A stretch of 37,259 nucleotides of DNA from an uncultured archaeon (GTDB lineage Archaea > Aenigmatarchaeota > Aenigmatarchaeia > CG10238-14 > SCSR01). The translations under genes were made by a program, and so were the position numbers. Within the stretch, counting starts at the first letter, position 1. Each line of letters starts with the position of its first letter. The DNA lies in the NCBI GenBank assembly GCA_964423085.1, contig CAYRDB010000003.1:1-37259 (forward strand), read 5' to 3'. This document shows, one piece after another, positions 25,398 to 34,467 of this stretch. A model generated the notes under the pieces. It saw nothing but the letters and a program-made list of their open reading frames with translations, did not search any database and was not told the origin of the DNA.

Positions 25398-28300
25398 TCA
25401 CTTTATCTTGTTCGCGATGTCCTCGACATCTATCTCTGCCTTTGTTATTTTCGACGGGTCTAGTCCATCCTCTCCCGCTATGAACTGTACTATGTGGTTT
25501 GCGCTGTCCCTTACAGTTCCGTCGTATTCGACTTTCAAGTCCTGCAGCGCTCCCACTAGCCTGCGCTCCATGTACCCGGAGTGCCTCGTCTTCAATGACT
25601 TATCCATCAGCGACTCTCTGCTGTTGATTGCGTCGAAGAAGAACTCGAAAGGAGTTAGGCCATCCTTGAAGCCTCTGCTTACGAATCCCCTCGCCTCTAA
25701 GCTTATGTCGCCGCGCTTGAAGTGCGGGAACGTCCTCTCGTAGTAGCCCCTTTCCATTCTTTCACCCATTATCATCTCTTGTCCTACGAGCGCGGATGTT
25801 TGTACCAGGTTTACAAAGCTTCCCCTGGATCCGCTCTTCGCCATTATAACCGTGAAATTGTCGCCTATATGGTTCACCAGAACTCCTTCCACTTCATCAA
25901 TAGCTTTGTTCAGCCTTCTCTTTATGTGGCTCTCCAGGCTCTCGCTGGCGCTCCTTCCCGGAAGCAGTTTTATTGTACCTTTGTCACACTCGTCTATCAA
26001 CAAATCCACATCCTTCCTAACATTGGATATTATATTTTCTATTTCCTTCTTCGCGTCCTTTGGTATGTCCTGATCGGATATGCTTATTGAGAACGCCGAA
26101 AGCATCAGCACATTTATCGAAAGCCTCGTTATATTGTACAGGAACCTTTTCGTTTCGTACGGGCCGCACTCGTGTTCTATCTTGTCTATAAGCTTGCCTG
26201 AGAACGCGCCCATCGAAGATGTGTCTATGCTTCCCTTGACTAGCTTGCCGTTTTCTATAACAACATATGCTTCGTGCTCGCACCCGGCTTTCTTGCACTT
26301 TTCGCACCCCATGCACGACTTTGTCTTGTGCTCTATGTTCAATCCTTTAGGCAGGAACACGCTGAATATCTCCTTTCCTGTCATTGTCTTCTTGTTCGGT
26401 ATTTCAATATCCTTGTCCACCGACCTTATGAGTTGCACGAATTGGTCTCTGGTGAATGTCTTTTCACCAGAAGTGAGATAGTATAGACCTGATATGTGGT
26501 CCCTGTGCGCTCCTATTATCGGCCCTGAGAACCTCGGGCTCCTTATGTTCTTAGGAACAATCATGAGTGTGTTCGCCTCTACCTGAGCTTCCTCTGTCTG
26601 GAGTACGTGCAGGTTCATTTCATCTCCGTCAAAGTCCGCGTTGTAAGGCGGGCATACCGACACGTTGAGCCTGAATGTCTTGTAAGGCATTACGCGAACC
26701 TTGTGAGCCATAAGGCTCATCCTGTGCAGACTCGGCTGCCTGTTGAAAAGAACAATGTCCCCGTCCCTTATGTGCCTCTCTACAACTGCACCGTTTTCGA
26801 CCTCCTTCACAATTTCTTCTTTGTTCAATTCGGTTATTTTCTTCCTTCTACCGTCAGCCCTTATAAGATAGTTTGCGCCAGGATACTTTGAACCGTTCAT
26901 AACTATCTTCTTTAATTCTTCGACATTGCCTTTGTGTACACGCACGGGTATTGTCAGTTCCTCTGCGACAATCTGCGGAACGCCTACTTCGTCTATGTCT
27001 ATCATCGGATCCGGGCTAACAACTGTTCTGGACGAGAAGTTGACCCTCTTTCCAGCAAGGTTTCCCCTGAACCTTCCTTCCTTTGTCTTAAGCCTCTGCG
27101 ACAGCGTCTTTAGCACTCTGCCCGACCTGTGCCTTGCTGGCGGCACGCCTGATATTTCGTTGTCGAAATACGTAGAAACATGATACTGCAAAAGCTCCCA
27201 GAGGTCCTCTATGATAAAGTCCGGAGCGCCAAGGTCTATGTTCTCCCTAAGCCTCTCGTTTATCCTAACTATGTCGACAAGCTTATGTGTCAAATCATCC
27301 TCAGACCTTTCTCCTGTTTCCAGCGTTATTGACGGCCTGACTGTGACCGGCGATATCGGCAGTATTGTCATGACCAGCCACTCCGGCCTCATGTTCAGAC
27401 CAATCAGCTTGAGGTCCTGAGTCTGCATCTTTTCAAGCCTCTCCCTGAGCATGTCTCCGCTTAGCGTCTTTTTCTCTTCGACAAAAGTGTAAGGCTTTAT
27501 GAACTTGTATTTTTTCTGCTGCTCTCCGCAGTGGGGGCATTTTTTCTTAGCTTCCTTGGCTATGTCTTTTAGCTTTATTTTCTTGCTCTTCGCCTGGTCT
27601 ATACCTGAGTCGTCCATGAGCAGCCTGCCACACTTTGAGCAGAACAACTTTAGCAAGCTGAATATGAATTTTGCATAATGGACATGCACAATTGGCTTCG
27701 TAAGCTCCAAATGTCCAAAGTGACCGTAGCACTCGCCGACACTGCCTCCGCACACCCTGCACCTTATTCCCGGATCAACCACTCCTAGCCTCGGATCCAT
27801 CAGGCCACCCTCTATAGGATAGCCTTCCTGGTCATAGAGCTCTGTTTTTGTGATTTTGGCCACGCTCATTTTGTTTATCATTTCTGGTGTGACCACTCCA
27901 AAAATTATGCTGTTCACCATGTTGTCTTCCCTGTTCACAACAAGCTTCGGATAAATCAGCATGCTCTTGAGCTCGTCAAGCATGAGCTTGAACGCATAGC
28001 TCATCTCCACGTTCATAATTTTCGAATTCCCGCAGACAGTGCAGTACTTTCTGTTCTTTATGCGGTCGTGTATGGCAAGCATGCCGCACTCTGCGCATAT
28101 CGGTATGATGGACTTGTCCGAGTCAAACCTTTCTTTGAGCGTGAGCGCAGCCCCGTGAGCAACCAGACAGTCCTTCTCCATCTCTCCCAACCTCAAGCCT
28201 CCCTCCTTGCTCCTTCCTTCGGTTGGTTGTTTTGTCAGAAGAGCCACAGGACCTCTGGACCTAGCATGTATTTTGTTCGAAACCAGATGATCTAGCTTTT

Positions 28301-29732
28301 GATAAAAGCAGCTTCCTATGAACACCTGCGCATCGAACCTTGAACCTGTCCTTCCGTCGTACATTGTTTCCTTTCCGTCGTTCCTGAATCCGTTGCTGTG
28401 TAACATGTCCCTTATTTCTGTTTCTTTAAGCGAATTGAATGCCGGAGCGTCGATGTATTTTCCAGACAGCGCAGCCACCTTTGCCCCCACGAACTCCAGG
28501 AGCTGACCCATAGTCATTCTCGACGGAATGCTATGAGGATTGAATATGATATCGGGCACGACACCATCCTCTGTGAAAGGCATGTCCTCCTCAGGAACTA
28601 TAAGTCCTATTACTCCTTTTTGCCCGTGCCTGCTTGCGAACTTGTCGCCTATCTCCGGAATCTTTGTGTCCCTTATAACTACCTTTATGAGCTTAGTTCC
28701 GTCAGTGGTTTCGGTTAGGAAAACCCTGTCAACTATTCCTTCATCACCATGCCTCAGCTTGACCGAAGTCTCCCTTATGTTCTCTATTCCTGTGATGAAC
28801 TGGTCCATAGTTCCCAAGAACCTCAGAGGGGACACCCTGCCCACTATAACATCATCCGACTTTACAATTGTCTCAGGGTCTATTATCCCGTCTTCTGGGA
28901 GGTGTTTGTAGACGTCCTCGCCTGCATAACCCCTGACACCGGCTTCGGGTATTCCTATTATGTCCTCTTGGCCACCCATGTACCTTTTCTGAACAGCTTC
29001 GTAGCTCCTCATCATCATGGACCAGAACAGGCCGCGCTGTATTGAGCTGGCGTTTACAATTATAGCATCCTCCATGTTGTAGCCGTCGAAGCACGCAACC
29101 GCTATTACGATGTTGGATCCGTTAGGATGGCTCGCATAGTTTATTATCTGGTGGCCTTGCGACTGGACCAACGGTCTATGAGCATAGACCATTACATTGG
29201 ATTTTGTGTCAACCCTGTTAAAATAATTAGTAGAGAATATTCCTATGCTCTGGCCTATCATCTTCGCTCCGTAGTTTACTCTGTCACCCCTGTCGAACTC
29301 TGGGAAAGGTATGAAAGACGCGGAGAGTCCGAGTATTATTGACGGATCTAGCTCAACGTGCGTGTGCTCAGGAGTTATGTCCTCAGGCTTTATTGCGATA
29401 TACGCGCTCTCCTCCTCTTCGGAATCGAGATACTCTATGATTCCGTTCTTGAACAAGTCGCTCCAAGAAAGTTCGCCGGATCTGACTTTGACCATTATCT
29501 CAGGAGTGAGCATTGACTTGCCGTCATTTACAATAATCGCGGGCCTCCTGACCCTTCCAGAATCGGACAGTATTTTGATTTCGTTAAGATGAGGATAATA
29601 GCAAACGTTGATTTGTTCTGAAATCTGGCCAGACCTTCTTTTTTCCTTTATGTCACTGACAAGACCTTCGGGATCTTCGGACCTTCCTAGGTACCTTCCA
29701 TCAATGTACACATCAACTGAATTTTCTGGCAT
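25398..29732 (-). CDS. rpoB1/rpoA1: Fused DNA-directed RNA polymerase subunits B' (Rpo2C, aa 1-604) and A' (Rpo1N, aa 605-1444) in one reading frame
   Basis: The B' part has GDKFASRHGQKG, LGEMEKDCLVAHGAA, the CAECG...CTVCG ribbon and YAFKLMLDELKSM. The A' part starts at Met605 (27920-27918) with IIFGVVTPEMINKMSV, CRVCGGSVGECYGHFGH and NADFDGDEMN. The junction codons AGG GAA GAC AAC ATG GTG contain no stop. Confidence 0.85.
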   Translation of the reverse strand: MPENSVDVYIDGRYLGRSEDPEGLVSDIKEKRRSGQISEQINVCYYPHLNEIKILSDSGRVRRPAIIVNDGKSMLTPEIMVKVRSGELSWSDLFKNGIIEYLDSEEEESAYIAIKPEDITPEHTHVELDPSIILGLSASFIPFPEFDRGDRVNYGAKMIGQSIGIFSTNYFNRVDTKSNVMVYAHRPLVQSQGHQIINYASHPNGSNIVIAVACFDGYNMEDAIIVNASSIQRGLFWSMMMRSYEAVQKRYMGGQEDIIGIPEAGVRGYAGEDVYKHLPEDGIIDPETIVKSDDVIVGRVSPLRFLGTMDQFITGIENIRETSVKLRHGDEGIVDRVFLTETTDGTKLIKVVIRDTKIPEIGDKFASRHGQKGVIGLIVPEEDMPFTEDGVVPDIIFNPHSIPSRMTMGQLLEFVGAKVAALSGKYIDAPAFNSLKETEIRDMLHSNGFRNDGKETMYDGRTGSRFDAQVFIGSCFYQKLDHLVSNKIHARSRGPVALLTKQPTEGRSKEGGLRLGEMEKDCLVAHGAALTLKERFDSDKSIIPICAECGMLAIHDRIKNRKYCTVCGNSKIMNVEMSYAFKLMLDELKSMLIYPKLVVNREDNMVNSIIFGVVTPEMINKMSVAKITKTELYDQEGYPIEGGLMDPRLGVVDPGIRCRVCGGSVGECYGHFGHLELTKPIVHVHYAKFIFSLLKLFCSKCGRLLMDDSGIDQAKSKKIKLKDIAKEAKKKCPHCGEQQKKYKFIKPYTFVEEKKTLSGDMLRERLEKMQTQDLKLIGLNMRPEWLVMTILPISPVTVRPSITLETGERSEDDLTHKLVDIVRINERLRENIDLGAPDFIIEDLWELLQYHVSTYFDNEISGVPPARHRSGRVLKTLSQRLKTKEGRFRGNLAGKRVNFSSRTVVSPDPMIDIDEVGVPQIVAEELTIPVRVHKGNVEELKKIVMNGSKYPGANYLIRADGRRKKITELNKEEIVKEVENGAVVERHIRDGDIVLFNRQPSLHRMSLMAHKVRVMPYKTFRLNVSVCPPYNADFDGDEMNLHVLQTEEAQVEANTLMIVPKNIRSPRFSGPIIGAHRDHISGLYYLTSGEKTFTRDQFVQLIRSVDKDIEIPNKKTMTGKEIFSVFLPKGLNIEHKTKSCMGCEKCKKAGCEHEAYVVIENGKLVKGSIDTSSMGAFSGKLIDKIEHECGPYETKRFLYNITRLSINVLMLSAFSISISDQDIPKDAKKEIENIISNVRKDVDLLIDECDKGTIKLLPGRSASESLESHIKRRLNKAIDEVEGVLVNHIGDNFTVIMAKSGSRGSFVNLVQTSALVGQEMIMGERMERGYYERTFPHFKRGDISLEARGFVSRGFKDGLTPFEFFFDAINSRESLMDKSLKTRHSGYMERRLVGALQDLKVEYDGTVRDSANHIVQFIAGEDGLDPSKITKAEIDVEDIANKIK

Positions 29733-29734
29733 TT

Positions 29735-31243
29735 TTACACCTTGACCGGCTTTACATGCTTTGAAAGCGTCTTCTCAAAGCTTTTCGAATCTTTCTCCTC
29801 AACACCCTTGGTAACCTCTGCCATTATGGCAAGATACTTTCGTAGTCCTATTGTAGCTCCTTCTGGAGTTTCGCTGGTACACAACTTGCCCCAATGGGTA
29901 GGATGAAGCTCTCTGGCTTCAAAGTGCTCCTGAGTGGATGTCAGCGGGGATAGCACGTTCCTCATATGAGATACCGTCTTTATGTAGCTGCTCCTTTCCA
30001 GCCTTTGGCTCACACCAGTCCTTCCGCCCACCCAGCTGCCTATAGCAAGAGCGGAGTTCAGCTGGTTGGTCAGCACATTGGACTCTACTATTGCCTGCAA
30101 AGGCGGCATCCTGCCCCTCTTTGTAAGCTTTTGATAATTGTAAGTTATCCTTGTTATCAAGCCCCACTTTCCGAGTAGAATCGACCTCAAAAGTATCTCC
30201 AAAAGGTCGCCCGAAAGCTTCAGCCTCTTGTTGGAATAATGGTCCAAATCATCCTCATCTATCTTCTTTAGATGCAGCCTTATAACTTTTCCAATCGCCT
30301 TTGCCAAAAATATTGCCTTTTGCATCCTGTCTGTCGGTTCCTGCCCGAGGTGCGGCAGCAGATACCTGTCGACCAACCTAGTGGCGCGCTCCATCCTGTA
30401 CTGCTCCTGCGGTATTTTTATATGCTTGCCTATCGCATCAAGCCCTTCAGTCTTAGTGGACACGTCCACCTCGTATAGGTTGGAATAGAACTCCTCCTGA
30501 ACAGCAGGGTCGTCCGACATAACCGTTATGATATCCTTGTCGCTTTCCAGGCCTAGAGCCTTCAAAAGTATTGCAACAGGCAGCTTCTTTATGTTGGCGA
30601 AGCTTATGGTCATTATGCCATTGTTCTTCCTTTCAATAAGGTGCCTCTGGACATAGCCGTCCTTCTCGGAGTGTATCCTGGCTATCTCTCCTATGTTCCC
30701 AGACTCGACTTTGGCAACTATAACCCTGTTCTGAGCTATCTCCTCAACAAGAACCAATATCCTCTCGGTGCCGTTTATAACAAAGTATCCGCCGGTGTCA
30801 TCTGGGTCTTCACCAGCTTCCACAAGCTCGCTCCTGCTCATATTAGAAAGGGGGCATATCTTTGACTTTAGCATGACAGGAAGGTCGCCAAAATTGACCC
30901 ACATACCCTCGCTCTCTATGCCGTTCATCACTGTAGACATCTCGATGAACATTGGTGCGCAATATGTTAGGTCCCTTATCCTGGCTTCCATCGGAAGTAT
31001 TTTCCTTTCGGATCCGTCCGCCTCCTTGACCCAGGGACCCCAGTTTTCCTTTCCTATCTTAAAGTCACCAAGTTTTATCTTGAACTCCCCGAGCTCTGGG
31101 ACATCCGGCTTAATTTCCTTTATCTCGCGGATAATCTTTGGTATTCTGTTAGTCACAAAGTCGTTATAAGAATTTATGTGGAAATTCACCAAGCCGCGCT
31201 CCTTCTTGAAAGCCTGCATCATGTCTATGAAATTCTGGTTCAT
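29735..31243 (-). CDS. rpoB2: DNA-directed RNA polymerase subunit B'' (Rpo2N)
   Basis: N-terminal half of the RNAP second-largest subunit (HINSYNDF, GYFVINGTERI, ETPEG). Ends with TAA at 29737-29735, 2 nt before the B' ATG. Confidence 0.95.
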   Translation of the reverse strand: MNQNFIDMMQAFKKERGLVNFHINSYNDFVTNRIPKIIREIKEIKPDVPELGEFKIKLGDFKIGKENWGPWVKEADGSERKILPMEARIRDLTYCAPMFIEMSTVMNGIESEGMWVNFGDLPVMLKSKICPLSNMSRSELVEAGEDPDDTGGYFVINGTERILVLVEEIAQNRVIVAKVESGNIGEIARIHSEKDGYVQRHLIERKNNGIMTISFANIKKLPVAILLKALGLESDKDIITVMSDDPAVQEEFYSNLYEVDVSTKTEGLDAIGKHIKIPQEQYRMERATRLVDRYLLPHLGQEPTDRMQKAIFLAKAIGKVIRLHLKKIDEDDLDHYSNKRLKLSGDLLEILLRSILLGKWGLITRITYNYQKLTKRGRMPPLQAIVESNVLTNQLNSALAIGSWVGGRTGVSQRLERSSYIKTVSHMRNVLSPLTSTQEHFEARELHPTHWGKLCTSETPEGATIGLRKYLAIMAEVTKGVEEKDSKSFEKTLSKHVKPVKV

Positions 31244-31252
31244 GCAATCGCC

Positions 31253-31513
31253 TTAAATAAACTCCCCTTTCACCACAACCCTATAGTAGGATATCGATCC
31301 TGCTATCGAGCTGTCCCTCGTTATCTTTATCACATCCCCTACCTTTGCGCCCAGTTTCTGAACCATCGGATCGGATGTCAGTATCCTTGGGAGCTGGTTG
31401 AGCGTTATGTTGTACTGCTGTAGCAGTTCGCCAGTCTCCTTATCGTTCAAAATTACATGTTTTGGCACAGCTTTGTGCTTTGAGATGTCAACTTCCTTCA
31501 ACATTACCACCAT
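31253..31513 (-). CDS. rpoH: DNA-directed RNA polymerase subunit H (Rpo5)
   Basis: VPKHVILNDKE...LPRILTSDP...GDVIKITR matches RpoH. Start candidates are 31519, 31513 and 31504. The tracked 122-aa ORF is an artefactual extension reading through tRNA-Asp. Confidence 0.85.
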   Translation of the reverse strand: MVVMLKEVDISKHKAVPKHVILNDKETGELLQQYNITLNQLPRILTSDPMVQKLGAKVGDVIKITRDSSIAGSISYYRVVVKGEFI

Positions 31514-31521
31514 TCCCATTG

Positions 31522-31619
31522 CGCCTCGGACGGGATTTGAACCCGTGTCACAAGCGATCTGCATAGCGCAGGTCGCGCCATTGACAGGCTTGTATGCTAG
31601 GCCCCTACACCACCGAGGC
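31522..31619 (-). tRNA. tRNA-Asp(GUC) with a 25-nt intron at 37/38
   Basis: Acceptor GCCTCGG/CCGAGGC with discriminator G73. The anticodon arm is CAAGC-CTGTCA[intron 31581-31557]C-GCTTG. The BHB comprises a CUGU:GCAG central helix and 3-nt bulges CAA and AUC. The T-arm is ACGGG-TTCAAAT-CCCGT. Confidence 0.8.
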
Positions 31620-31787
31620 ATTTCGCCGATGGGTAGTCAACCATAATACAACACTAATGTTTATAAATCAACTCCTCACTCCATCTCTAATCCATGGAAG
31701 ACTCTGACAGGCTGTTGAAAGCCAAAGAAAATGCTTTTTACTGACAGACTCAAAATTTCACCTTGGGTTGGATGGAAATTATAAATG

Positions 31788-31908
31788 TAGTTGGCAGCGT
31801 CCTGGGTTTTCCGAGCTTGTGGCTCAGTACAGTCCAGATCGTTAAGCATCTTAATTACTGTGTTCGAGATGGGAACAGATGTTTCATGCTTGCTTTGGCC
31901 GCCAACTA
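31788..31908 (-). rRNA. rrf: 5S rRNA (free-standing)
   Basis: The minus strand reads TAGTTGGCGGCC...CCCATCTCGAACACAG...TTAAG...GTACTG...GGAAAACCC...GCTGCCAACTA. The terminal helix I pairs 31908-31898 with 31798-31788. TATA-like ATTTAAGA lies about 25-30 nt upstream. Confidence 0.85.
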
Positions 31909-32019
31909 AATTATATTTTAACTATTATGATTCTTAAATCTTTTAAACTTAAGCTTTCGCCTTTTCATGGCAGAAAATAAGCGACCGAGCCCTTAGGGCA
32001 CAATCATCTGCTAATAAAG

Positions 32020-32134
32020 TCCCGTCGGGGAGAGTCGAACTCCCAACCCCCCGGTTTCTGTCAGAGCAAGAGCTACCAACAAGCGCAGTTGCGCTCGTCT
32101 ACAGCCGGATGCTCTACCATTGAGCTACAACGGG
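32020..32134 (-). tRNA. tRNA-Tyr(GUA) with a 43-nt intron at 37/38
   Basis: Acceptor CCCGTTG/CGACGGG with the C1-G72 pair characteristic of archaeal and eukaryotic tRNA-Tyr. The D-arm is GCTC-AATGGTA-GAGC. The anticodon arm is TCCGG-CTGTAG[intron 32098-32056]A-CCGGG, with central helix CUGU:ACAG and 3-nt bulges. The T-arm is GGGAG-TTCGACT-CTCCC. Confidence 0.85.
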
Positions 32135-32193
32135 ATAACGCTCATGGACTAAAGAATTAATTCGATTGGGAATATAAAAGCGTTTGCAAAAGC

Positions 32194-33636
32194 CTACTTT
32201 ATTTCAATAGACCTTGAAGAGACCGTCTTCCTGTCCTTCTTTTTGGTGTCGAACGACATTGTCGCTCCAGGCATGCGCATGCTTCCTATTATTTCAACTT
32301 TCGGCTTTATCCTGTACGTAAGAACTCTCTCCTCCAGAGGATTGAGCGACTTTATTTTCCATATCAATGAAGTTCCTGCCGCAGTCTTCCTTATCTGAGG
32401 TGGTATAGTGTCGAACCTCTCCACAAGAGTTGCTATCGGAGAAACTGTGTCTTCTATTATAACATTCTTGATTTCCTTAAGGGTGGAGTTCTTTATTTCC
32501 AAAAGAACTACCGTTTCCTTGCCTTTCTTCATTTCTCCCATGAACCTGACGCCCTTCCTTATCTTAGGCCTGTAAACATACGAGAACGCCAGGAACACAA
32601 ACGCGGCTATGCCTATGCCGGCGACCCAGATTATTATGAACCTTATCTCATACTTTATTTCCAGGCTCTGACCAGGAGCCAGGGCGTCTACATTCCAAAC
32701 ATAAACAGTGTTTCCGTTGACAACATAAGTTGAAGTCGGCTGGTCTATTGGGTGGAAGAAATTAGCTGTGAACTCGGACACGCTTTCTGTTACATTGAAG
32801 TTGGTCTCTACAACGTTACCCTCGTTTTTAACGGTTATCGTCTGCATCTGAATGAAAGGCGTATATACTCCTGACTTTTTGAAAACCAAATCAGACAATT
32901 CGTTTACAACCAGAGACTCCTTTCTCGAATCCATGAACTTGTTTATCTCAGTCCTCAGTGTTATCTCGACCGAATAAGTTCCAGCTTCGGTATAATTTTC
33001 AAAGCAATATGTTTTTTCCAAAGTCTTTATTGACTTTGACCCTATCTCGAACACATCGTCCTCAAACCTGTTCACCACGCTATTGCCTTTTGTTATGGAT
33101 GTCTGAAGCCTGTATGTGCCTGCTTCAAACCCATCGTTTGTAATGCTCGGTCTTATCAAAATACAAGACCCTGGGGATATCGAAGTTTTGTCAATGGCGA
33201 AATCGGATATGTAAACAAGAGTCTTCCTCTTGGTCCTTACGTTTATGCTCGAAGAGCTGGAATCGTCAGTGTTCCCAGATTTTACTGACATTAAGAATGT
33301 GGACACCACTTCTTCTGCGTTAGAAGAAACTGAAAAATACAGTTTGACCGAAGCGTTGTTTCCTGCACCTATGGTGACCTTGTCCTTTTCTAAATCGGGT
33401 GTTATTCCGGACCATGTCGTAGAAGGCCATATCGATATCTGGAATGTGTCCGAAACCAGCTGGTTGTTTCTTATAACAACATCAACCGCCCCTATTTCGG
33501 TGTTGTTGACAGTTATCTCGTTGTGAGAGACAGATACATCAAAGCCAGTTTGCGCTTCTGATATCATTGGCGTAGCCAGAAAAAGAGCTGCAAACGACAG
33601 TGCCAGCACAAATATTTTTGACAATCCTTTCATCAA
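32194..33636 (-). CDS. Secreted, membrane-anchored protein with repeated beta-sandwich (CARDB/DUF11-like) modules
   Basis: Signal peptide MMKGLSKIFVLALSFAALFLATPMISEA. About 330 aa of beta-rich, N-x-S/T-rich ectodomain, one TM helix (IIIWVAGIGIAAFVFLAFSYVY), then a beta-rich domain of about 115 aa on the other side of the membrane. Confidence 0.5.
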   Translation of the reverse strand: MMKGLSKIFVLALSFAALFLATPMISEAQTGFDVSVSHNEITVNNTEIGAVDVVIRNNQLVSDTFQISIWPSTTWSGITPDLEKDKVTIGAGNNASVKLYFSVSSNAEEVVSTFLMSVKSGNTDDSSSSSINVRTKRKTLVYISDFAIDKTSISPGSCILIRPSITNDGFEAGTYRLQTSITKGNSVVNRFEDDVFEIGSKSIKTLEKTYCFENYTEAGTYSVEITLRTEINKFMDSRKESLVVNELSDLVFKKSGVYTPFIQMQTITVKNEGNVVETNFNVTESVSEFTANFFHPIDQPTSTYVVNGNTVYVWNVDALAPGQSLEIKYEIRFIIIWVAGIGIAAFVFLAFSYVYRPKIRKGVRFMGEMKKGKETVVLLEIKNSTLKEIKNVIIEDTVSPIATLVERFDTIPPQIRKTAAGTSLIWKIKSLNPLEERVLTYRIKPKVEIIGSMRMPGATMSFDTKKKDRKTVSSRSIEIK

Positions 33637-33724
33637 ACATTCACCAAACGCAGACTCATTTGCATAACGGGGATTTTCTAATATAACATTAGGATTGGTA
33701 TATATTAAGTTTAATTGGGTTTAA

Positions 33725-34432
33725 TCAGGAGGCTAGCCTCTTAAGGAACTCGCTAAATGTCATTTTCGCCTTTTTATTGCTCTTCTGCCTGCTATTTGCG
33801 CTGTCTTTAAGCACGTCCTCAATGTAGTTTCCTATCTCCTTGAACTTGTATTCCTTGGTTTTGTCTCCTGGGGCAACTGCGTATGAGATGTCGTACTTGT
33901 TCCCATACTTGTCAACCGAAGTTAGCTCCTCGAAGGGTATTCTTGCTGGTTTTTTAGGAGTTTCGTCTGAATATCCAACCGGCATTATGACAACTGGCCT
34001 CAGCTGAGTGGGAATTTCTAGGACATTGCCCACGTTCTCCTCGTCGAAGGCGCCAATCCAACACGTCTTAAGACCGAGACCTTCGGCTGCTAGCATAGCC
34101 ATGGTCGCTGCGTTCGCAGTGTCCTGAACGCTGTAGAAAGCCTCGCTCCTCTTCCCATATCGCATCAGACCTTTTTCCTTGTCTATGCAGAAAACTATTA
34201 CGACTGGAGCGTCCTCTATAAATCTCTGCCTCAGAGCAGCCTCTGCCAACTTGTGCTTGACTTTCTTGTCTTTGACTACTATGAACCTCCAATCCTGCAC
34301 ATTACCAGAGGAGGGAGCTTGAGTGGCAGAATACAGCATTACTCCAATCAGCCTGTCCTCAACGGGATCGTCTCTGAAGCTTCGCGTGCTTCTCCTGTTG
34401 AACATACACTCGAAAACGTTCATAATACCCAA
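33725..34432 (-). CDS. Nitroreductase-family flavoprotein
   Basis: RRSTRSF, APSSGNVQDWRF and TCWIGAF motifs typical of the NfnB/NADH-oxidase-like nitroreductase fold. Has a basic C-terminal extension. Confidence 0.8.
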   Translation of the reverse strand: MGIMNVFECMFNRRSTRSFRDDPVEDRLIGVMLYSATQAPSSGNVQDWRFIVVKDKKVKHKLAEAALRQRFIEDAPVVIVFCIDKEKGLMRYGKRSEAFYSVQDTANAATMAMLAAEGLGLKTCWIGAFDEENVGNVLEIPTQLRPVVIMPVGYSDETPKKPARIPFEELTSVDKYGNKYDISYAVAPGDKTKEYKFKEIGNYIEDVLKDSANSRQKSNKKAKMTFSEFLKRLAS

Positions 34433-34467
34433 AGAATAATTGGAGACTAAACGATTAAACTTTTACA

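Noticed and set aside
25398-29732. Possibility that the 1444-aa ORF is long because of an intein or large insertion
   Set aside because: The length equals B' (about 604 aa) plus A' (about 840 aa). The conserved blocks are contiguous, and no intein-like splicing motifs or homing-endonuclease region are seen. Fusion, not insertion, explains the length.
31514-31621. N-terminal 36-codon extension of the tracked rpoH ORF (MPRWCRGLAYKPVNG...)
   Set aside because: This stretch is the reverse-strand tRNA-Asp gene read as protein. RpoH homology begins only after it.
31690-31760. Two copies of CTGACAG in the tRNA-Asp / 5S spacer, considered as repeat or ncRNA structure
   Set aside because: They are short 7-nt direct repeats with no complementary arms or extended conservation visible, which is compatible with chance.
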